Counted from the stretch's first letter, positions 1 to 9,339 are shown. The stretch is 56,642 bases of DNA from an uncultured Chitinophagaceae bacterium (GCA_964384415.1 CAYLMV010000002.1:24389-81030); one strand, 5' to 3'. The notes: a model not told the origin generated them from the sequence alone. Made by a program: numbers and translations.

Positions 1-2274
1 ACGGCTGACGGCAACGCCACCGCATCGCTCGTGAACGCGGGTACTCCGCAAGTGATTGAGATCTGGAATCTTGTCTTCATCCAGAACAATCGCAAGGCGA
101 ACGGTGAGCTCGAAGACCTTCCGATGAAGCATGTCGACACCGGCATGGGGTTCGAGCGAGTCTGTGCCGTGATGGAAGCGATGAAGAGTAATTTCAAACG
201 CCCTTCCTCCAACTACGATTCTGATGTCTTCACACCGCTCATCAAGAAGATTTCCGAGATTTCGGGAATACCATACGGCTCGGAAACCGAGTCCGACATT
301 GCCATGAGAGTGATCTCCGACCATATCCGGGCTTTGACCTTTGCCATCGCCGACGGCGCCATTCCGTCCAACGAAGGGCGCGGATACGTTTTGAGAAGAA
401 TTCTCCGGCGCGCGGCACGCTTTGGAAGAAACCTGGGACTGCACGAGCCGTTTCTTTACAAGCTGGTCGATACGCTTGTCGCGACCATGGCTCACGTCTT
501 TCCGGAAATCAAAGAGCATCAGCAGCACGTCGAACGGGTCATCAAAGGAGAAGAAGAGGGATTCAACCAGACGCTTGACCGGGGGTTGGAGATCTTTGAG
601 GAGGCGGTGAAAAGAGCTCTTAGTTCTAAGTCAAATGTCATAAGTGGCGAGGACGCGTTCAAACTATATGACACCTTTGGATTTCCATTGGATTTGACTC
701 AACTGCTTTGTTCTGAACGAGGCATAAGTGTCGACACTGAGACTTTTGCCCGGTTAATGGAGGAACAGAGAGATCGATCTAGGGAATCCGGCAAGACTAC
801 CGGAGTCCCTTCCGTCCTGAAATTCATGCAAAAGGACAACACTATCGATTCTTCGGAGTTTTTGGGTTATGATCTATTGGAAGCAGGGGCGATTATTAAG
901 AGTTTAGCCGAGGGATTTGTCGTACTCGACCGGACCCCTTTTTACGGTGAATCGGGGGGACAAGTCGGTGACACGGGAGAACTTCGATATCAGGACCGAA
1001 TCCTCCATGTCCTCGATACGCAGCGTGATGGAAAAATAATCGGTCACCGGGTTGCCGAACAAGTTGGAGATGCTTTCGCGCAAATGGTCACGGCTGTTGT
1101 CAACAAACCCCGGCGCCTCTCGATCATGCGCAATCACACCGCGACGCATTTGGTCCATGCGGCAATGCGCAAGGTGTTGGGGACGCATGTGCATCAGGCA
1201 GGCTCGCTCGTGGCTCCGAACTACCTGCGATTTGACTTCGCTCATTTTGCCAAAGTCAGCGAAGCGGAACTCGCGGAAATCGAGAACATCGTCAACGAGA
1301 AAATCATCGAGAACATTCATCTCCAGCATCACCGGAACATCCCATTCGAACAAGCGCAGAAGATGGGGGCGTTGATGTTTTTCGGCGACAAATATGGCGA
1401 CAAAGTGAATGTGGTTCAGTTCGGCGATTTCAGCAAAGAGTTCTGCGGCGGCACTCATATCAATAGCACCGGCGAGATCGGATTTTTCAAAATCCGTTCG
1501 GAGTCGAGCAGTGCAAGCGGAGTGAGACGCATCGAGGCAATCACCTCTGATTATGCCGTTGAGTACCTCAAGCTCCAGAACTCGACATACAAAGAACGGA
1601 TCGAGCATGGGTACGAGCTCATCGACGAAATTCAGTCGCTCCAGAAAGAGATTGTGAAGCTTAGCGGCGGTTCTTCTCCCCTCTCCAAAGAAGAGACGAT
1701 GAATCTGGATATAGACCTGCGCAAACTGGAGCAAATACCGGACTTGCCGGCGGCGGCCGCTACGGAAAAGCTCTCCCTGGAATTCGAAGCGCTTCATCAG
1801 CGATTCCACGCTTTGGAAGATTACCTTATGATGCTTGCGGAAAAAAAGAAAGCGTTTGAAAAGGAAGAGGCAAAATATACCTTGAAATCGGCCGCATCCG
1901 ACATCGATGCGCTCGTTCTTCAGGGAGTCGCTCTCAATGGTTTCAAAATCGTCGCCTCGAAAGTGAACGCTGGGGACATGGAATCGTTGAAATCGATCGG
2001 CGATACGCTCCGGTCAAAGATCGGGAGCGGTGTCGGAGTGCTCGCTTCGGTGATCGACGACAAAGTTGCCTTGGTCTGTATCGTGAGCGACGACCTGATC
2101 AAGACAAAGAATATCCAGGCAGGAAAAATTGTCGGCGCGCTCGCAAAAATAGTGGGGGGCGGCGGAGGCGGCAAGCCTCATCTCGCCACGGCCGGCGGCA
2201 AGGATGTCTCGAAACTCGACGATGCTCTGAGGAGCGTGGAGGGAGTTGTAAAGGAAATGATGGGGAAAGTGTAA
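1..2274 (+). CDS. alaS: Alanine--tRNA ligase, 5'-truncated by the window edge
   Basis: Frame is open from base 1. Motifs IEIWNLVF, VDTGMGFER, DHIR, GRGYVLRRILRRA, TPFYGESGGQVGD, HTATHL, EFCGGTH, GVRRIEA and C-terminal GGGGG-P--A-AGG. Confidence 0.98.
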   Translation, partial: TADGNATASLVNAGTPQVIEIWNLVFIQNNRKANGELEDLPMKHVDTGMGFERVCAVMEAMKSNFKRPSSNYDSDVFTPLIKKISEISGIPYGSETESDIAMRVISDHIRALTFAIADGAIPSNEGRGYVLRRILRRAARFGRNLGLHEPFLYKLVDTLVATMAHVFPEIKEHQQHVERVIKGEEEGFNQTLDRGLEIFEEAVKRALSSKSNVISGEDAFKLYDTFGFPLDLTQLLCSERGISVDTETFARLMEEQRDRSRESGKTTGVPSVLKFMQKDNTIDSSEFLGYDLLEAGAIIKSLAEGFVVLDRTPFYGESGGQVGDTGELRYQDRILHVLDTQRDGKIIGHRVAEQVGDAFAQMVTAVVNKPRRLSIMRNHTATHLVHAAMRKVLGTHVHQAGSLVAPNYLRFDFAHFAKVSEAELAEIENIVNEKIIENIHLQHHRNIPFEQAQKMGALMFFGDKYGDKVNVVQFGDFSKEFCGGTHINSTGEIGFFKIRSESSSASGVRRIEAITSDYAVEYLKLQNSTYKERIEHGYELIDEIQSLQKEIVKLSGGSSPLSKEETMNLDIDLRKLEQIPDLPAAAATEKLSLEFEALHQRFHALEDYLMMLAEKKKAFEKEEAKYTLKSAASDIDALVLQGVALNGFKIVASKVNAGDMESLKSIGDTLRSKIGSGVGVLASVIDDKVALVCIVSDDLIKTKNIQAGKIVGALAKIVGGGGGGKPHLATAGGKDVSKLDDALRSVEGVVKEMMGKV

Positions 2275-2305
2275 AAGTAAAAGTGTAAAGTTAAAAGTGA
2301 CAAAT
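2264..2305 (+). repeat. Short degenerate tandem array (nnAAAGT units) overlapping the alaS stop
   Basis: ggaaagt gtaaaagt aaaagt gtaaagt taaaagt gacaaat; the alaS stop at 2272-2274 lies inside the array. Confidence 0.65.
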
Positions 2306-2369
2306 TAAGAGCGGTTTGACTGAAGTAGAAGTTGACCTTCTTTTATCCGAATAAACAGAACACTCAGCA

Positions 2370-3113
2370 ATGTCCATCTATCAGAATCTGCTCTCGGCTG
2401 CGGCGAATAAAGGCGCGGCATACCTTGTTCTTGTCGACCCGGACAAAATTGACCGGGGCAACTTTCCAAACTTTGTCGAACAGGCAACCGCGGCCGGCGT
2501 CGATGGGTTTCTCGTCGGCGGCAGCCTTGTCCTTGCCGATTCTTTTGAAGAGTCGATCAAGATTCTCAAACACCATACGAACGTGCCGGTGGTGATCTTT
2601 CCAGGGAGCGTCCAACAGATTTCTAAGGAAGCCGATGCAATCTTGTATTTGTCGCTGCTGAGCGGACGGAATGCCGAACACATCATCGGAAGCCAGGTAA
2701 CGGCTGCTCCGATCATCAAGAAGATGAACCTGGAAGCGATCTCGACTGCCTATATGCTCGTCGAGTCGGGCAGGACGACATCGGCTGAATTCATGAGCAA
2801 CACGAAACCGCTCCCCCGAAATAAACCCGACATCGCCGTCGCGCATGCGATTGCAGCGGAGTATATCGGATTCAAATTCCTCTATTTAGAAGCGGGCAGC
2901 GGCGCCGAACATTCGGTCCCGGAAGACATGATCAGCGCCGTTGCGAAATACTCCTCTGTTCCGCTGATCGTCGGCGGAGGCATTACGACGGCGGAGGATG
3001 CGCACAAAAAGGTACAAGCGGGGGCAAAATTTGTCGTCACCGGGAACGTTCTGGAAAAGAGCGGCTCGAAAGATCTCATCAAAGAATTCGCGTCGGCGAT
3101 CCACGTTCGATAA
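2370..3113 (+). CDS. Geranylgeranylglyceryl/heptaprenylglyceryl phosphate synthase (PcrB/GGGPS family)
   Basis: Motifs LVLVDPDK, FLVGGS, PVVIFPG, ADAILYLSLLSGRN, YLEAGSGA, PLIVGGGI; 247 aa, TIM-barrel size. Confidence 0.92.
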   Translation: MSIYQNLLSAAANKGAAYLVLVDPDKIDRGNFPNFVEQATAAGVDGFLVGGSLVLADSFEESIKILKHHTNVPVVIFPGSVQQISKEADAILYLSLLSGRNAEHIIGSQVTAAPIIKKMNLEAISTAYMLVESGRTTSAEFMSNTKPLPRNKPDIAVAHAIAAEYIGFKFLYLEAGSGAEHSVPEDMISAVAKYSSVPLIVGGGITTAEDAHKKVQAGAKFVVTGNVLEKSGSKDLIKEFASAIHVR

Positions 3114-3148
3114 TCGTATCTGAGCCGAATTACAAGGAAAGAACACGC

Positions 3149-3754
3149 ATGGCACATCTTCCACTCACGCTCGTCTACCGTCAGCGCTTCATCCAGGATT
3201 CGTTGAAAGCGAGCGCTGAATTGAAATTGAAGATCGCTGAACAGTGCAGCGCGGACATTTCGAAAGCCATCGACATGCTCGTCAATGCATTCAACCATAA
3301 GAAGAAGATTCTCTTATGCGGAAACGGCGGAAGCGCCGCGGATGCCCAGCACCTTGCGACCGAATTTGTCGTAAGACTCTCCCCGAACATCAAACGCCCG
3401 GGACTGCCGGCGATCGCCCTGACGACAGATTCGTCAACGCTCACAGCCGGCTCCAATGATTTTGGATACAACGCCGTATTCGCGCGGTCCGTCGAGGCGC
3501 TCGGCAACGAGGGAGACGTCCTCATCGGAATCAGCACAAGCGGCAATTCGGAAAGCGTGAACAACGCCTTCATGAAAGCGAAGGAGATGAAGATGGCGAC
3601 AATGGCCTTGCTCGGAAGGGACGGCGGCAAAGCAAAGAGCCTGGCCGACCTTGCGATCGTCGTCCCATCGGACGACACCCAGCGGATTCAGGAAGGACAC
3701 ATCACCATCGGCCACATTATTTTTCAGGAAGTTGAACAAGAGATCTTCGGCTGA
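3149..3754 (+). CDS. gmhA: D-sedoheptulose 7-phosphate isomerase (SIS domain)
   Basis: Motifs CGNGGSAADAQH, NDFGY, ISTSGNS, RIQEGH. Confidence 0.93.
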   Translation: MAHLPLTLVYRQRFIQDSLKASAELKLKIAEQCSADISKAIDMLVNAFNHKKKILLCGNGGSAADAQHLATEFVVRLSPNIKRPGLPAIALTTDSSTLTAGSNDFGYNAVFARSVEALGNEGDVLIGISTSGNSESVNNAFMKAKEMKMATMALLGRDGGKAKSLADLAIVVPSDDTQRIQEGHITIGHIIFQEVEQEIFG

Positions 3755-3809
3755 GGATTTAGCGCATCGACGAGCCGGTGAAGTTAGCCACTAACAGAGA
3801 AGGACGGCA

Positions 3810-4160
3810 ATGAAAGGTATTCCGGGTTTGGGAGGAAATATGCAGGGGATGCTGAAGCAAGTTCAGCAGATGCAGGAGAAGATGGCGAAGGTGCAGGAGG
3901 AGCTGGAACAGAAGACCGTCGTCGCCGAATCGGGAGGCGGGATGGTAAAGGTGACCGCAAACGGCAGACAGCAAATCCAGAAGATCACCCTTGAGAAAGA
4001 AGTCATCAACCCGCAGGAAAGCGAAATGCTGGAGGACCTTATTGTCGCAGCCGTCAACAAAGCGCTCGAGGACTCGAACAAGCTTGCGCAATCCGAAATG
4101 GCAAAAGTAACCAGCGGCATTCTGCCGAACATCCCAGGACTCAATCTACCCGGCTTCTGA
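3810..4160 (+). CDS. ybaB: YbaB/EbfC nucleoid-associated protein
   Basis: [12 protein letters not shown]...[11 protein letters not shown]...[13 protein letters not shown]; directly upstream of recR. Confidence 0.95.
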   Translation: MKGIPGLGGNMQGMLKQVQQMQEKMAKVQEELEQKTVVAESGGGMVKVTANGRQQIQKITLEKEVINPQESEMLEDLIVAAVNKALEDSNKLAQSEMAKVTSGILPNIPGLNLPGF

Positions 4161-4756
4161 TGCGCTACACATCCGAATCTGTCGAACAACTCGTCGAAGA
4201 GTTTGCCCAGCTTCCCGGCATCGGGAAAAAGACCGCGCAAAGACTTGCCCTCTATGTCCTGAAGCTTCCCCGGGAAAAAGTTGCCGGTTTTGCTCAGGCG
4301 CTGGTGAATATCAAGGACCGGGTCCGCTATTGCTCCATCTGCAGCAACATTACCGAGAGCGATCCGTGTATCATCTGTGCGAGTCCGAAACGGAATAGAC
4401 GCGTCATCTGTGTCGTCGAGGAGCCCAACGACGTCATGGCTCTCGAAAAAACGAATGAGTTCAACGGCCTGTATCATGTACTCGGCGGCGCCCTCTCTCC
4501 CCTCGACAATATCGGTCCGGAGGATTTGAAGGTGAAGGAGCTGCTTTCCCGGATTACTGACGAGATCGAAGAAATCATTCTCGCCATGAACCCGAACGTC
4601 GAAGGTGAAACGACGACGATCTATCTTTCCAGGCTTCTGAAACCTCTCAAAGTGAACGTCACCCGGATTGCCAGGGGCTTGCCGATTGGCGGCGACCTGG
4701 AATTTGCCGACGAGGCGACCTTGTCTCGCGCACTGGAAGGTCGAATTGCGATCTAG
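4160..4756 (+). CDS. recR: Recombination mediator RecR
   Basis: [13 protein letters not shown] HhH, C4 zinc finger (CSICSN...CIIC), TOPRIM motif, [12 protein letters not shown]; TGATG overlap with ybaB. Confidence 0.97.
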   Translation: MRYTSESVEQLVEEFAQLPGIGKKTAQRLALYVLKLPREKVAGFAQALVNIKDRVRYCSICSNITESDPCIICASPKRNRRVICVVEEPNDVMALEKTNEFNGLYHVLGGALSPLDNIGPEDLKVKELLSRITDEIEEIILAMNPNVEGETTTIYLSRLLKPLKVNVTRIARGLPIGGDLEFADEATLSRALEGRIAI

Positions 4757-5333
4757 GAATTCAGCATTATTGTGTGTCGCTCTGGCGCTGATCTTCGGCG
4801 CATGCGGATTGTTAAAGACTCGGGATCCCGAATCACCGGATACGGGAAACGCCGCAAATCCTCCGGCATTCTCGCCGGAGACTGTCGTCACGAACCTCAC
4901 TTCATCCTTCGAGAACAAGAACGTCAGCGACTACGCTAAGGTATTCGCAGACACATCCTCGGCTGGGAGGCAGTACGTATTCATCCCAACCCAAAAAGCG
5001 ACCGCTACCTATGCCGGATTCTTCTCCCACTGGGGGGTTGATGCTGAAACGAATTATTTTCGAAAGGCGGTATCGAGCGTCAGTGCGGCATTCGCGCCGG
5101 CCGTCAGTTTTACTCAGCCGGTTTCCACCCAGTATCACTCGGATTCTTCGCTCTATGAGGCCAACTACACAGTGTTTCTTGCTCCGAACACCTATGTGGG
5201 TCACGCACGCCTGTATATGATTCCGAATAAAAACACCGGCATTTGGTCGATTTATCGCTGGGAGGATTTTCCGTCTACTCAGAATCCCGACACGTCCAGC
5301 TGGAGTGATCTGAAGGGGCAATTCAGTCAATGA
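4746..5333 (+). CDS. Hypothetical lipoprotein (possible NTF2/SnoaL-like fold)
   Basis: Start revised from the ORF track to TTG 4746, with GGAAGG 5 nt upstream. This gives the signal [20 protein letters not shown] (lipobox). Confidence 0.7.
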   Translation: MRSRNSALLCVALALIFGACGLLKTRDPESPDTGNAANPPAFSPETVVTNLTSSFENKNVSDYAKVFADTSSAGRQYVFIPTQKATATYAGFFSHWGVDAETNYFRKAVSSVSAAFAPAVSFTQPVSTQYHSDSSLYEANYTVFLAPNTYVGHARLYMIPNKNTGIWSIYRWEDFPSTQNPDTSSWSDLKGQFSQ

Positions 5334-5842
5334 AGTCACAGTTCTTCGTGATGATGTGTTCGATCGCCGTGTGCGGCTGCCTAAACCCTTTTGCGCCGGC
5401 GCTTGATAATTCCAATCTGTCGGGCGGCTCGATCCTCGGCGACCAGAGAACTGTGGACGGAGTGTTTCAGAATTTCAAGCAGGCGTATCTCTTCAAGGAT
5501 ACTACTATCTACGGCCAGGTGCTTGCGCCCGATTTCATTTTTGTTTACCGGGATTATGACGTGGGAGTTGATGTCTTTTGGGGACGCGATGACGACATGC
5601 GCACGACGAATGGACTCTTCCAGAATGCACAGAGCCTGGATTTGGTCTGGAACAATACGATACCGATCAACGGGGACACGACGGATGTCAAGGTGAACGT
5701 GACGAGGAATTTCAATCTTACGGTGACGTTCAGCCCGACCGACATTGTGCGCATCGACGGGTACGCCAGCCTCACGCTTGAACGCCCGACATCGAAAGAC
5801 AACTGGCGCATCGGGCGATGGGACGACCAGTCGAACTACTAG
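5330..5842 (+). CDS. Hypothetical lipoprotein, probable paralogue of the preceding gene
   Basis: ATGA overlap; signal ending AVCG-C; VFQNFKQAY..KD...Y..VLAPDF resembles [11 protein letters not shown]...Y..VF of the upstream gene. Confidence 0.72.
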   Translation: MKSQFFVMMCSIAVCGCLNPFAPALDNSNLSGGSILGDQRTVDGVFQNFKQAYLFKDTTIYGQVLAPDFIFVYRDYDVGVDVFWGRDDDMRTTNGLFQNAQSLDLVWNNTIPINGDTTDVKVNVTRNFNLTVTFSPTDIVRIDGYASLTLERPTSKDNWRIGRWDDQSNY

Positions 5843-5862
5843 CTGGGTAATGTAGGATGAAG

Positions 5863-5947
5863 CGCCAAGGCGCGAAGAACGCGAAGCAGAATTTTTTAAG
5901 AGCGACTGGATTTCTGTTTTTGTCTTGGCGCCCTTCGCACCTATGCG
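5863..5947. repeat. Imperfect inverted repeat built of 8-9-nt CGCnAAG units
   Basis: Left arm cgccaaggcgcgaagaacgcgaag (5863-5886) matches the reverse complement of 5924-5947 at 18/24 with no gaps; inner cagaa...ttctg also pairs. Confidence 0.7.
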
Positions 5948-5994
5948 GTCTTGTTATTCGATTACTCGACTGAAGAAGTACACAACAATATCTC

Positions 5995-6828
5995 ATGAAA
6001 ACTAAAGTATCATACCAGGGAGAGCCCGGGGCTTTCAGCGAGCAGGCTGCGAAATCTTATTTCGGCAGAGGCTGCGCTGCAATCGCTCGCGAGTCGTTTC
6101 GGGACATATTTGAAGATGTCCTTAAGAAGCGATCGGCGCATGCCATGGTTCCGATCGAGAATTCGCTGCACGGAAGCGTTCACCAGAACTATGACCTGCT
6201 CTGGAAGTATAATCTCTTTATCGTCGGCGAAGTGAAACTCCGGATCAAAATGAACCTGCTCACGCTTCCCGGAACGAAGCTGAAGGACGTCCGCGCCGTC
6301 TATTCGCATCCGCAGGCCCTCGGCCAGTGCGAAAAATTCCTGCATACGCTCAAGGGGGTCTCGGTGAACCCCTTTTACGATACCGCCGGGGCCGCAAAAA
6401 TGATTGCGGCGGAGCGAAGGGCGGACGCGGCGGCAATCGCCAGTTCTCAGGCGGCTTCGGACTACGGCTTGGTCATCATCCGTCCAGGAATCGAAAACGA
6501 CCATCGGAATTATACGAGGTTTCTTGTAATTGGACGGCGGCAATTGCGCCCCGGGAAGAACCCCAAGACTTCATTGATCTTCGCGACAAAGAACATTCCC
6601 GGTGCGCTGTTCAAGTGCCTTTCCGTCTTTGCGCTTCGCAATATCAATCTTTTGAAAATAGAGTCTCGGCCTTTAGTAGGGTCGCCGTGGGAATATCTTT
6701 TCTACGTCGATATCGAAGGTGACGCGAAGAAGAGTGATTGTCTCAATGCATTGAGCCACCTCCAGGAGCTTACTTCGAGCTACAAAAATCTCGGATCGTA
6801 TGAAACGGGCGTGATTGTCGAACCTTAG
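5995..6828 (+). CDS. pheA: Prephenate dehydratase (PDT + ACT, monofunctional)
   Basis: YQGEPGAFSEQAA, VPIENSLHGSV, YSHPQALGQC, NYTRF, INLLKIESRP, YLFYVDIEG. Confidence 0.95.
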   Translation: MKTKVSYQGEPGAFSEQAAKSYFGRGCAAIARESFRDIFEDVLKKRSAHAMVPIENSLHGSVHQNYDLLWKYNLFIVGEVKLRIKMNLLTLPGTKLKDVRAVYSHPQALGQCEKFLHTLKGVSVNPFYDTAGAAKMIAAERRADAAAIASSQAASDYGLVIIRPGIENDHRNYTRFLVIGRRQLRPGKNPKTSLIFATKNIPGALFKCLSVFALRNINLLKIESRPLVGSPWEYLFYVDIEGDAKKSDCLNALSHLQELTSSYKNLGSYETGVIVEP

Positions 6829-6893
6829 AGTGACGGGCGAGTCACCTCATGAACGATGCATAGTCCGATCATCCAAGTGATCTCAAAGCTGCA

Positions 6894-7778
6894 ATGAATA
6901 TCTTCTACATACTCAAAGAAGGCATATCGGGCTTCAAGCGGGCTCGGCTGTCGATGGTCATCTCCATTTTCACCATTACGATATCGTTGATCCTGCTTGG
7001 ACTCTTCACGATTGTTTTCCGTAACACAAACCAGATTGTCGAATCGTTCCGTGACCGCGTCGAAATGGAAGCCTTCCTTGAAGAACCAGTCACTGAAGAG
7101 ACATCTCCGATCGTCGAGAAGAAGATCCTCGCGATTCCGGGCATCAAGCAGGTAAAGTATATCTCCAAGGATCAGGCGGCAAAAATCTTCAAAGAACAGT
7201 ATGGAGAGGATATCCATAGCATCCTCGATTTCAATCCCCTTCCCCCATCATTCAAAATCTACCTGGAACAAGAGTACAAAAATTCCGACAGCGCCAAGGT
7301 GGTCTACGCACAGTTGAAGCAGATCGGGGGAATCGACGAAATCATCTATCGAAAGACATTGCTCGAGTTGTTGGATCGCCGGGCGCAGTTGTTCGCTATG
7401 GGGAGCCTCGGCGCCGGAATTGCGCTTCTTATCACTGCAATTTTTCTAGTTTCCAACACGATACGGCTGGCAATTTACGCCAAGCGGAAAATCATCATGA
7501 CCATGAAACTGGTGGGCGCCACGCGAATGTTCATTCGCCTTCCATTCTTAGTGGAAGGGGTCATTCAAGGAGTCCTGGGAGGCCTTTTCTCTTCGGGCTT
7601 CATTTATCTGGCAGTCGACTACGCATCTAAACTATTCGGGGGCGATCTGGCGCCGATCGTTTACGTCGAACCGACATTTTACATTATTGTTCTTGCGGCG
7701 GGCACGCTGCTTGGATTTCTCGGGAGCATCATTTCGGTGAGGAAATTTATCACCGAGAGTGTCGTGCTGACAAATTAA
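6894..7778 (+). CDS. ftsX: Cell division permease-like protein FtsX
   Basis: N-terminal TM, NPLPPSF extracellular motif, SNTIRLAIYAKR.I..MKLVGAT..FIRLPF.VEG; no adjacent ftsE. Confidence 0.92.
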   Translation: MNIFYILKEGISGFKRARLSMVISIFTITISLILLGLFTIVFRNTNQIVESFRDRVEMEAFLEEPVTEETSPIVEKKILAIPGIKQVKYISKDQAAKIFKEQYGEDIHSILDFNPLPPSFKIYLEQEYKNSDSAKVVYAQLKQIGGIDEIIYRKTLLELLDRRAQLFAMGSLGAGIALLITAIFLVSNTIRLAIYAKRKIIMTMKLVGATRMFIRLPFLVEGVIQGVLGGLFSSGFIYLAVDYASKLFGGDLAPIVYVEPTFYIIVLAAGTLLGFLGSIISVRKFITESVVLTN

Positions 7779-7785
7779 GTTACCG

Positions 7786-7820
7786 ATAACCTTGACAAGG
7801 TTCATAACCTTGACAAGGTC
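7786..7820. repeat. Tandem REP-like palindromes upstream of RAYT
   Basis: ATAACCTTGACAAGGTTC + ATAACCTTGACAAGGTC; the core AACCTTG-A-CAAGGTT (7788-7802) is a perfect palindrome with 7-bp arms. Confidence 0.85.
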
Positions 7821-7841
7821 AAACGTCAATTGGGGGGCACG

Positions 7842-8402
7842 ATGAAGTACCTAGTCGGTCACTATTACCATATCTACAATCGGGGAGCACATAGAAAGGA
7901 TATATTTCACGAGGCCGAAAACTACTTCTACCTGGTTTCGCTTTTCAGGAAGTATATCAACCGGTATGAAGTGGCCGTCGTCGCCTATTGCCTAATGCCG
8001 AATCACTATCATTTGGTTATTAGACAAAACGAATACGGCGACATCGGGGGTTTTCTAAAGACATCCTTCAACGCTTATACCCAGGCTATGAATAGGCGCT
8101 ACGGACATTCCGGCACCCTTTTCCAGGGGCAATGCAAGTGCAAACATGTCGATAGTCGGGAATATTGTCTCCGGCTCGTACGATATATACACCGGAACCC
8201 GCTCTCCTCGCAAATGGTGAGCCATCTGAGGGATTGGATGTTTTCTGATTACCTTGAATGGATTGGCATAAGAACACGATTGCTGGCCGATTTTGAACTG
8301 CGCGATGCTTTCTTCAAGTCTCCTTCTAAATACGAGCGTTATGTAGAAGAGTATGTTGAGGATAATGAAGTATCTATCGATCTAAGAACATTTGTCGCTT
8401 AG
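7842..8402 (+). mobile_element. REP-associated tyrosine transposase (RAYT, IS200-like Y1 HUH)
   Basis: YYHIYNRG, YCLMPNHYHL (HUH), RYIHRNP (catalytic Tyr), W.FSDY; ATG 7842 preferred over TTG 7830; AT-richer than its neighbours. Confidence 0.9.
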
Positions 8403-8426
8403 GACCTTTCAGCCAGTTTGGAAGTT
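8403..8426. repeat. Possible degenerate REP remnant downstream of RAYT
   Basis: gacctttc...tttggaagtt right after the stop; only loosely similar to the upstream palindrome. Confidence 0.3.
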
Positions 8427-8453
8427 GAGATTTTCGCTAATCTTTAATACATT
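8425..8453 (+). promoter_or_regulatory. sigma70-type promoter for sdhCDAB
   Basis: TTGAGA-17 nt-TACATT, about 95 nt upstream of the sdhC ATG. Confidence 0.55.
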
Positions 8454-8548
8454 ACCACCGTTTCAGACCTCTGTCATTCGTGCCCGCGATGTGACGGAGC
8501 CCCCGGAAAATCAAATTCATCGCCGCTAGCCATAGGAGCATACTTCGA

Positions 8549-8962
8549 ATGTCGAGCAACTATCCTGCACGAGGGTGGGCTAGAATAATACTCACCTATC
8601 ATAAATTTGCCGGAAGCTGGGCATGGGTGCTGCACCGCATCACCGGCCTCGTCCTCACCGGCTATATCATGCTGCATATCTTCGCGTTGATGTCGCTCCA
8701 AAAAGGGAAAGCGGCATTCGATTCCGAGATGGTTCTTTTCCGGACTCCGGTCTTTCTATTTTTGGAGTGGTTCCTTTTCGCTTTTCTCCTCTTCCATGCA
8801 TTGAACGGCATCCGCATCGTGCTTGTGGATCTCGCTGAAGGCGCCCGATATCACAAACAATTATACTACGCCGTCGTCATCATCGGTCTTGTCCTCTTCC
8901 TTGGGATGGGATACATCATGTTTACGCAGGACACGCTGCATGCGGTTGCCGCGGTGAAATAA
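8549..8962 (+). CDS. sdhC: Succinate dehydrogenase cytochrome b subunit
   Basis: WVLHRITG, FHALNGIRIVLVD; 3 TMs; first gene of the sdh cluster. Confidence 0.92.
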   Translation: MSSNYPARGWARIILTYHKFAGSWAWVLHRITGLVLTGYIMLHIFALMSLQKGKAAFDSEMVLFRTPVFLFLEWFLFAFLLFHALNGIRIVLVDLAEGARYHKQLYYAVVIIGLVLFLGMGYIMFTQDTLHAVAAVK

Positions 8963-8985
8963 CGTAGATCAAAAGGGTAATTCCT

Positions 8986-9339
8986 ATGTCTTCTAAATAT
9001 TATGGTTCGAGGAGTTCGGGAGCGCTGTCGTGGTACCTGCAGCGCGTGACCGGCATGGTGCTTTTTGTTGTCGCGATTGGCCACTATATCCTCATGCATT
9101 ATCATCTCGATTCCGGCCACACGTACGATGCCGTCCTCTCCCGGATGCAGAACCCGTTATACAAGGCGCTGCAAATTTCGTTCGTCGTGCTCGGACTCTA
9201 CCACGGCCTCTCAGGAACCTGGAGCATCTTTCGCGACTACAAAATGCCCGGATGGTTGAGCTGGACGATCCTTGGCTTGCTCTATATCGCCGGCGTCGGT
9301 TTCGGCGCACTTGGTATTGCGACAATTCTCTCGTTTTAA
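8986..9339 (+). CDS. sdhD: Succinate dehydrogenase hydrophobic anchor subunit
   Basis: WYLQRVTG, GHYILMH, LYHGLSG; 3 TMs. Confidence 0.9.
   Translation: MSSKYYGSRSSGALSWYLQRVTGMVLFVVAIGHYILMHYHLDSGHTYDAVLSRMQNPLYKALQISFVVLGLYHGLSGTWSIFRDYKMPGWLSWTILGLLYIAGVGFGALGIATILSF

Noticed and set aside
600-910. AT-richer patch inside alaS as a recombined segment
   Set aside because: Visual impression only; the reading frame and motifs are continuous, and no computed codon-usage support is available.
7792-7815. TTGACA inside the REP palindromes as a RAYT -35 element
   Set aside because: No -10 element at 16-18 nt from either copy.
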